21,698 nucleotides of DNA, from positions 1 through 21,698 of the forward strand of contig JBPCRW010000096.1 in assembly GCA_050996405.1 (NCBI GenBank), given 5' to 3'. This document shows, piece by piece, positions 15,423 to 21,557 of this stretch; within the stretch, counting starts at the first letter, position 1; each line of letters begins with the position of its first letter. Below the pieces are notes generated by a model. That model had not been told where the DNA came from and made no database searches. It saw only the letters and a program-made list of their open reading frames with translations. Origin of the DNA: Pyrinomonadaceae bacterium. GTDB taxonomy: Bacteria > Acidobacteriota > Blastocatellia > Pyrinomonadales > Pyrinomonadaceae. The position numbers and the translations under genes were made by a program.

Positions 15423-16334
15423 TTAATTTCTTCCGACGGCTTTTTTCAGAGCCTCTTTCGCAACTAATTTCGGGCTGTTCATCGTCGCCATATAAAACGG
15501 CACGACGCAGCCGCATTTGTCGCAATCGGCGTTGTCGCCCATCATACATTTTCCTTTGGGTTTTCCGTCCGCGCCGAGCGTGAACGCCTTTTCTCTGAAC
15601 AAACAATTGTCGGTAACTTTTTTCGCATTTTTCGATTTCATCAAATCGAGCGTTGAATCGAGCATATTGATTTTGCCCGGATATTTCTTTTTAAGCCGGA
15701 GAAGTTTATCAATTATTGCATCGCGTTCCGTCCAATCAATCCACAAAGATTCGTCTAATTTATTAACCGGCGTAAAGAAATCGAAAATAATTCCGCCGCG
15801 CGCTAAATCTCCCCATTCGACAATTAAATCTTCGATGCAGTCTTTTGTCAAACTCGTCAAAACACAGGAAATCTGAATCTTCAAATTTTGATGGCGGCGC
15901 ACGTTTTCCTTGATTTTCTGATAAATTCCGGGCGCGCGCATTTTCGCAAACGCTTCTTCCGTGCCGTCAATCGAAATCACCCAGGTGCAGTCCGTCCAAT
16001 CGGGCAATTCCATTGTGCCGTTGGTGACGACTGTGTTGTGCTTGAAATATTTGCGTCCGGCTTCGATAAGCGGTTTTCTAACTAACGGCTCGCCGCCGAC
16101 CCAGGTGCAGAGCAGCATTGGGTCGCCCGCCGCTTTCATTTGTTCGAGTTTTTCAATCCATTCTTCGACGGTCAGTTCAACTTCCTTGTGTTCTTCGGCG
16201 AAAAAATAACAATGCTCGCAGCGCAGATTGCAGCGTTTGGTTGCGTCAATCGAGCCGACGGCGTTATCCGGCATTCCGAACATCATCAACTTGGCAAGAC
16301 TGCTGATGTTTTTGATGGTTTTGACGATTTTCAT
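15423..16334 (-). CDS. Radical SAM enzyme (303 aa) with a C-terminal auxiliary Cys cluster; function unassigned
   Basis: CX3CX2C motif in TKRCNLRCEHCYF. WVGGEPL is the GGE SAM-binding motif. The C-terminus has NC-x19-C-x7-CDKCGC, reminiscent of HpnH/SPASM-twitch type auxiliary cluster sites. The start codon is 5 nt after the upstream gene's stop. Confidence 0.88.
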   Translation of the reverse strand: MKIVKTIKNISSLAKLMMFGMPDNAVGSIDATKRCNLRCEHCYFFAEEHKEVELTVEEWIEKLEQMKAAGDPMLLCTWVGGEPLVRKPLIEAGRKYFKHNTVVTNGTMELPDWTDCTWVISIDGTEEAFAKMRAPGIYQKIKENVRRHQNLKIQISCVLTSLTKDCIEDLIVEWGDLARGGIIFDFFTPVNKLDESLWIDWTERDAIIDKLLRLKKKYPGKINMLDSTLDLMKSKNAKKVTDNCLFREKAFTLGADGKPKGKCMMGDNADCDKCGCVVPFYMATMNSPKLVAKEALKKAVGRN

Positions 16335-16339
16335 TTCCC

Positions 16340-18304
16340 TTAAACCGCAACCGACTCGGTTTCTTCTTCCTCAACCAAATACGGCGAAACGCTTGGCGCG
16401 TCGTTGTCTTCGGCAACGATTTTAGCAATCACGGGCAGACTCAGACTGCGTGTTTTGCCGATGCCCGCAACTTCCTTGCCTTTGGCATAGACGGCGTGCC
16501 GCCCGTGTTCTTTATACCATTCGCTCAAACTCGCGGTTTTATTCATTTCTTCAACGATTTGCCGCCAGCCGACTCCGGTGTTATAGGCGCAAAATGAAAT
16601 CTCGCCTTCCTGCGTGCCGTATGGAATGACGCACATTTCGGTTCGGCGGAAATCGTAATTGAACAAATCCTGAAACCACATTCCTTCGACGCACAGGACG
16701 CGCCACATATCTTCGGTTTCATTTTTGGGTTCGGTTTTCATTCTATCGTTTCTATCCGAATTTGAATCAGCCGACGACGGTTTAAAAAGATTCAAAATTT
16801 GCGAAACGGGAAAACCGTCGGGCGCGTTCGATGCGTCGTAATTTCGCATAATCGCCATTCCCAATTGCGCCATCGTCAGCTTTTTGCCGCGTGCCGTATC
16901 GGTGATTGTGGCGACATCCTTCATAAATTGTTCGTAGTTAAAAAAGTCGAACAGCGATGTCATCGCGCTCGTCTTTTTATTGACGACAATCAATGTAAAA
17001 ATCCCGCAGTTCGGATGACAGTTGCAAGACGACCAGCCCCACGGTGCGTCCGCGCCTTGCAACATATCCATCACGGAAGTAAAAGCTGAATATGAAGAAA
17101 GCGGAAACCAATCGCGCAGCGGCTGAAGCGTTCCGCCGAGTTGGTCTTTCAAATCGTGCGTCATTCCCGCCAAAGTGTAGCGTTGCTGAATGCGGTCTTT
17201 GTCGGAAACGTCTTCGTCGCGTCCTGTAAAGCTGACAGGTTGGAAAGCAATCGTCTGAACTTTATCAATATTCTGCGCCGCGAATTTCACGATGTCGCCG
17301 ATTGCATCATTGTTGATTGTGTTGACGATTGTCGTAACGAGCGTAACTTTTATTCCAACCGACGCGAGATTTTCAATCGCTTTTAATTTTACATCGAACA
17401 AATTGCCAACGCCGCGATGCTTGTTTTTCTCTTCGCTCGTTCCGTCGAATTGCAGATAAACGCCGTGTTGTCCGGCTTCTTTGGCGGCTTTGCAAAACTC
17501 GATGTCTTCGGCGTAGCGAATACCGTTTGTCGCGGCTAAGATTCGGTAAAATCCAATCTTCTTCGCATACGCGACCGATTCCAAAAAGTGCGGTGCAATC
17601 GTCGGTTCGCCGCCCGAAAATAAAATGATGATTTGTCGTCGCGGCTTGAAGGAAATCGCGTTGTCCAAAATCTGTTTCGTGTCTTCAAACGTCGGCTCGT
17701 GAACGTAGCCGACTTGGTTCGCGTCCATAAAACACGGGTTGCACATCATATTGCAGCGATTGGTTAAATCAACGGTTAAAACCGCGCCGCGCCCGAATTT
17801 TATATCGGAAGTTCCGTGATGATGAACGTGCTTGTCTTCCGCCGCTTTAAAATCACGCCCGTAAAACAGCGATTCAATGCGTTCTAAAAATTTGGCATCA
17901 GTCGCCATCACATCAACAAATTCGCCGTGCGTCGGGCAGGTTTTCTTCATCAAGACTTGCCCGTTTTCTTCGACAATCTGCGCCTTGATTTCGCCCGGAT
18001 GCGCGTTCATTAAAATCTCAAGCGGAATTGTTTTATTGATAACGCCTTCGCGCACGTTTTTCACGCACGTCGGACAAAGCGAATCGGTTTCGCGTGGAAA
18101 ACCCAACGGTGGCGCGGTGCGCTCGTAAGATTTCAAAAGCGGTTCAGCCGCCCAATTCGGCGTAATTGATTCGCCTTCGGGCAAAGTTTTATTAACGGCT
18201 TGAAACGCCTTCCAACCAATATCGGCAAGTTTCGACGCGGCTTTCGAGCCGGTCTTTCCCTTGCCTTTCCCACCTTCGCCGCGTCTGAAATTATCACTGA
18301 ACAT
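16340..18304 (-). CDS. Large radical SAM enzyme (654 aa), Tes / GDGT-MAS (MJ0619, class D radical SAM)-like
   Basis: An N-terminal zinc-ribbon-like knuckle (SLCPTC ... KKTCPTHGEF) is followed by the radical SAM motif TVDLTNRCNMMCNPCF and SGGEPT. Further Cys sets are SSCNCHPNCG and LCVEGMWFQDLFNYDFRRTEMCVIPYGTQEGEISFCAYN. The radical SAM call is about 0.9. The Tes-family assignment is about 0.55 and rests on remembered architecture. Confidence 0.85.
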   Translation of the reverse strand: MFSDNFRRGEGGKGKGKTGSKAASKLADIGWKAFQAVNKTLPEGESITPNWAAEPLLKSYERTAPPLGFPRETDSLCPTCVKNVREGVINKTIPLEILMNAHPGEIKAQIVEENGQVLMKKTCPTHGEFVDVMATDAKFLERIESLFYGRDFKAAEDKHVHHHGTSDIKFGRGAVLTVDLTNRCNMMCNPCFMDANQVGYVHEPTFEDTKQILDNAISFKPRRQIIILFSGGEPTIAPHFLESVAYAKKIGFYRILAATNGIRYAEDIEFCKAAKEAGQHGVYLQFDGTSEEKNKHRGVGNLFDVKLKAIENLASVGIKVTLVTTIVNTINNDAIGDIVKFAAQNIDKVQTIAFQPVSFTGRDEDVSDKDRIQQRYTLAGMTHDLKDQLGGTLQPLRDWFPLSSYSAFTSVMDMLQGADAPWGWSSCNCHPNCGIFTLIVVNKKTSAMTSLFDFFNYEQFMKDVATITDTARGKKLTMAQLGMAIMRNYDASNAPDGFPVSQILNLFKPSSADSNSDRNDRMKTEPKNETEDMWRVLCVEGMWFQDLFNYDFRRTEMCVIPYGTQEGEISFCAYNTGVGWRQIVEEMNKTASLSEWYKEHGRHAVYAKGKEVAGIGKTRSLSLPVIAKIVAEDNDAPSVSPYLVEEEETESVAV

Positions 18305-18471
18305 AATGTTTTGATATAAAAAGCCGAGTAGAAATTTTTGATGTTTGATGCCGCAAATACAAGCTAAAGGCTAACAAATTTCGTATTCGTTGACAAATTA
18401 TTCGGATAAAGAACAATTTATAGAGAGAGCGAAGCGGTTTGTATATGTAAAGATTTATCGTCTTTTAAACC

Positions 18472-19269
18472 TTAATCAATCGTTCTCAAATAGTTCAAAT
18501 CATCTCTTAAATCATCATCTTCTGGACATAGAGTAATTACTTTTTGCAAAGTCTTCTTGGCTTCGGCTATTTGATCCAAGTTAGCAAATGTGACGGCAAG
18601 TTGTCGGTAGGCAGAAGCTTTCTGAAGATCGGTGTTCCAAAATCTGGAATTAGGCACTCGCTTTAGAACCTCAAGAGCTTCCCTTTCTAGCCCCATACGT
18701 CCAAGTAAAATTCCTTTCTCGGTTAAGAGTTTCGGATGATCAGGTTCGAGCAGCAAACCCTTGTTTAGATGAATTTTTCCCGATTGATAATTCCCTTGAT
18801 CGATATACAAATAAGCTAACAGATAGTGAGCTTTGGAATAGGACGGAAACAACCAGCGCGTGTTTTTTGGCTCCCCTTTTCGTATAAAATTAATATATGA
18901 ATCAAACTCGTTGCGATTCCAAAAATATACATAATCTTCTTGAGGAGCTACTACTTTCGGCTTCCAATAATTCGGTCTTTCAGGAGTAAAGCGCTCCAAA
19001 AATTCAATAGCTTCATCAAAAAGCCCGTCGTCCATTAGTGTTTCGGCGATTGCCACAAAGTCGTACTGAACAGGTGCAGGATCAACAATCGCAATCATAT
19101 CTCCATATTCTTTTGATATTCCCGATTTTAGCGCATTGATAAGTTCACGCAATTTATCCCGTTCAGCCGGACCGCTTTCAAATATCATTCTTTCCATCCC
19201 GCCAACTACTCTGTGAATACCATCAGCGGTATAAAATACTCCATATTCAGCAGCGATTTTATCTGTCAT
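18472..19269 (-). CDS. TPR-repeat protein with an unassigned ~100-aa N-terminal domain
   Basis: 265-aa ORF. The C-terminal half has TPR-like helical repeats (AHYLLAYLYIDQGNYQSGKIHLNKGLLLEPDHP, LTEKGILLGRMGLEREALEVLKR, ASAYRQLAVTFANLDQIAEAKKTLQKVITLCPED). It is markedly AT-rich and I see no Shine-Dalgarno sequence. Confidence 0.7.
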   Translation of the reverse strand: MTDKIAAEYGVFYTADGIHRVVGGMERMIFESGPAERDKLRELINALKSGISKEYGDMIAIVDPAPVQYDFVAIAETLMDDGLFDEAIEFLERFTPERPNYWKPKVVAPQEDYVYFWNRNEFDSYINFIRKGEPKNTRWLFPSYSKAHYLLAYLYIDQGNYQSGKIHLNKGLLLEPDHPKLLTEKGILLGRMGLEREALEVLKRVPNSRFWNTDLQKASAYRQLAVTFANLDQIAEAKKTLQKVITLCPEDDDLRDDLNYLRTID

Positions 19270-19270
19270 A

Positions 19271-19308
19271 TTATTCGAAGTTAATAATCTTATTCGAAGT
19301 TAATAATC
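19271..19308. repeat. Perfect 19-nt tandem duplication abutting the TPR gene start codon
   Basis: ttattcgaagttaataatc occurs at 19271-19289 and again at 19290-19308. The first copy begins 2 nt from the start codon (19267-19269). Confidence 0.9.
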
Positions 19309-19447
19309 CTATATCGGATTAAAAGGGTTTTGAGTTTAAGTTTTGATACTGCCTACGACAAGCAAAGTTTAATGTAATTTTATTAAGGAAACAATGCCGA
19401 AAGCCAACAGCGCAACCGCCAAATAAAATGTGTAACGACGCATAATT

Positions 19448-19890
19448 CTATTTCTCCAAAAGTCTAACAAATCCTGCCTGCTCGAAATGCTTGTCGGAAG
19501 TGAAAGCTAAATTTATTTCGCGCTCACGCATAACAACAAAACTCGCGCAATCAGTTAGACTCCATTCTTTATCCGGTCTTTCGCGGTAAAACGACCAAGC
19601 CTTTTCAAAAAATTCGCCGATTGCCCAAATGATTTCCACGTTTGGAAGTGTGCGTAATTCGTCAATCGAAATTATAACTTCGGCTCGAAATTCAGACGCG
19701 GAAAGCGCGTTGGCAAGTTCAAACAAAACCATTTCCGTAGTAAATAGTTTTGTGTCTTTCTCGCCCAGTTCAGCCGTATCTTATTCGCCGATTGATGAAA
19801 CTCGTCGCGGCGAACAAGCAGCGCGACGAAAGCCGCCGTATCAGCGAAAACATTTTCGCGCGGCTTAATCTTCACGCTTCGGCGTGCCAT
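19448..19890 (-). pseudogene. vapC: PIN-domain toxin VapC, disrupted by a 1-nt frameshift
   Basis: The N-terminal part (ORF 19672..19890: ...NVFADTAAFVALLVRRDEFHQSANKI) and the C-terminal part (frame of ORF 19448..19732, open from 19780: DTAELGEKDTKLFTTEMVLFELANAL...SLTDCASFVV...FTSDKHF) together carry the four PIN acidic residues but sit in different frames. The switch maps to about 19772-19785. Confidence 0.75.
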
Positions 19891-20104
19891 ACAAATAACG
19901 GTCGTGGTTGTAAGCTAAATCGGTAATGTCCGCGTCAATCTGATTTTCTTTGATAACCTCAAGCAATCTTTTCCAACCCGCTTGATTTTCCGTATCCGGC
20001 TCGTCGGGCAAAGTAATGATTACTTCCTTTCCTTCGTAAGCATCGCTAATCGGTTCAAGTGCCAAAACTTTACCGTTTTCGACTTTTCCCTTGACTGTCA
20101 ACAT
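19865..20104 (-). CDS. Antitoxin (DUF104/AF2212-like N-terminus) paired with VapC
   Basis: 79 aa. MLTVKGKVENGKVLALEPISDAYEGKEVIITLPDE is the small beta-barrel antitoxin pattern, and the C-terminus DLAYNHDRYLYGTPK is common in such antitoxins. Its 3' end overlaps the vapC start. Confidence 0.7.
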   Translation of the reverse strand: MLTVKGKVENGKVLALEPISDAYEGKEVIITLPDEPDTENQAGWKRLLEVIKENQIDADITDLAYNHDRYLYGTPKRED

Positions 20105-20270
20105 AATTTAATCTCCAACAGTATTTTACAATACAATTAGCAACTATGCCGGAAAATACTCGCGCCGTCGATAATCAAAAGCCAGCCGAGCGAAGATTTT
20201 CCGGCGTTGGCAGATTAGCTTGAAAGATTTGAGAAATCAATAATTTTCTCTGCAAACCGGAACGGAAAAA

Positions 20271-20313
20271 GGCTGGATGATTTTGGAGAATAATCCGAAT
20301 TTATCATTCAGCC
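20271..20313 (-). terminator. Probable rho-independent terminator after the small anchored-protein gene
   Basis: ggctggatgat (20271-20281) pairs with atcattcagcc (20303-20313) at 10 of 11 positions. The 21-nt loop can pair further internally. On the minus strand a TTTTT run follows. It lies 23 nt after the stop at 20336. Confidence 0.45.
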
Positions 20314-20335
20314 CTTCATCTTTTGGATGTTGATT

Positions 20336-20722
20336 TTATTTACCTCTTGCGTAAATCGTAAATAAGATTACGGCAGCTAAAATGCCAACTGCAATAGCAA
20401 CTTTTGCGCCATTGGACAAATTGTTACATTTCACCTGTTTGGCATTCGGATACGGAACTTCAGTCGCGCTTCCGGTTTTCTCGTCAACGACGACAAAACT
20501 GTTTTCGTTGATTTGGCTGACGTAGCCTTTCAGCTTCGTTCCGTCTTTCAGCTTGACGGCGATTTTTGCATCTTTGCCTGTGCCGAGTTTGGCGATATTC
20601 GCTTTGACCTTTTCCGCAAACTTCGCCGTCTTTTCCGCCTTCGTTTCGGCGAACGCCGTTGCGCCGAAAGATAAATTGATGACTAAAATTGCTATAATTA
20701 AAGTCAGATATTTTTTCAACAT
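20336..20722 (-). CDS. Hypothetical secreted protein with a small beta domain and a C-terminal TM anchor
   Basis: The ATG at 20722 has AAGGAG 7 nt upstream (the ORF is open to 20758). Signal peptide MLKKYLTLIIAILVINLSFGATAFA; SH3-like block KLKDGTKLKGYVSQINENSFVVVDEKTGSATEVPY; C-terminal TM helix VAIAVGILAAVILFTIY. Confidence 0.65.
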   Translation of the reverse strand: MLKKYLTLIIAILVINLSFGATAFAETKAEKTAKFAEKVKANIAKLGTGKDAKIAVKLKDGTKLKGYVSQINENSFVVVDEKTGSATEVPYPNAKQVKCNNLSNGAKVAIAVGILAAVILFTIYARGK

Positions 20723-20754
20723 AATTTTCTCCTTTGCTATTTGTTTTATAGAAC

Positions 20755-20875
20755 TCATTTATGCAGAAGCCCACACGAAGTAAGGGCGTATTCTCTAATC
20801 ATTTTCCCACTCGATTATCGCGCGTGTTTCTGCATTTTAAAGTCACACTTACTTCGCGCGTGTTTCTGCATTTTA
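20755..20875. repeat. Copy B of the dispersed repeat, with an internal 21-nt direct duplication and an extended inverted repeat
   Basis: 20755-20839 aligns with 6703-6785. cgcgcgtgtttctgcatttta occurs at 20819-20839 and identically at 20855-20875. gcagaagcccacacgaagtaag (20763-20784) is complementary at 18 of 22 positions to cttacttcgcgcgtgtttctgc (20848-20869). Confidence 0.85.
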
Positions 20876-21541
20876 ATTGCTGTCTTTTTTGTCCGTGTCG
20901 GATTTCTTCTCGCTTGCCGCGCGAACGAGGGCGAGTTTTTCAATCACGCGCTTTGCCATATCGGGCGAGCCGAGATTGCCGTCGAAAATAATCACGTCGC
21001 CCGTCGCAATTATCGAGCCGAGCCGCTGGCTGTAAATTTTGAATGTGAATTTGTATGTGAAAACGAGATGGTCAATTTCCAAAATCAAATCCGCGACATC
21101 TCTGTCTTCGACAAACGACAATCCCCAATCGTCAATTTCCTTTCGTTTGTTAAGTTCATTAACAAGTTGTTCGGGCTTAAAGAAAACCGTGTCGCTCGTC
21201 ACGTAAATCGTCTTTGAAGCGGCGAGAATTTCCTTCGGCGATGTAGGTTTAATAACGACCGAACCGGGACCGCGCGGAGATAATGGCGTGACACCGCGCT
21301 GCGGCATCTGCACGGAATTTTGCGGAATTGGATATGGCGTGTTTTGAGGCGAGGGTGAGGACGGAATGTAGATTGAAGAATTGATGGACGGATTGCTGTA
21401 AGATGCCGAGCGGATTAAGCCTAAAATGCTTGAAAGCGGAACGGCGATACTTTGATTTTTAATTTCGGGATTTGTCGTCACGATTCCGAGCGGGTGACCG
21501 TTTTCGTCCAGCAAGAGCGCGCCCGCCGCGTTTTCCGCCAC
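20873..21541 (-). pseudogene. 5'-truncated, catalytically dead trypsin-like (S1/HtrA-type) remnant, P/S-rich linker and unassigned C-terminal domain
   Basis: The ORF opens at a GTG (21539-21541) directly preceded in frame by TGA. Its first residues, AENAAGALLLDENGHPLGIVTT...SIAVPLSSILGLI, match the final strands of the trypsin fold (consensus GNSGG-LLD--G--IGI), with Ser replaced by Ala. The His/Asp-bearing N-terminal part of the fold is absent. It might still be expressed as a shorter protein. Confidence 0.5.
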
Positions 21542-21557
21542 TCAAGGAACTATCATT

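Noticed and set aside
19772-19785. Programmed ribosomal frameshifting in vapC.
   Set aside because: There is no slippery heptamer and no downstream stimulatory structure, and PIN toxins are not known to need frameshifting. A mutational indel or an assembly error is more parsimonious.
20819-20875. A possible mini CRISPR array, given two identical 21-nt direct repeats.
   Set aside because: There are only two repeats, separated by a 15-nt spacer, which is far too short. No cas genes are present, and the repeats belong to the dispersed element also seen at 6703-6785.
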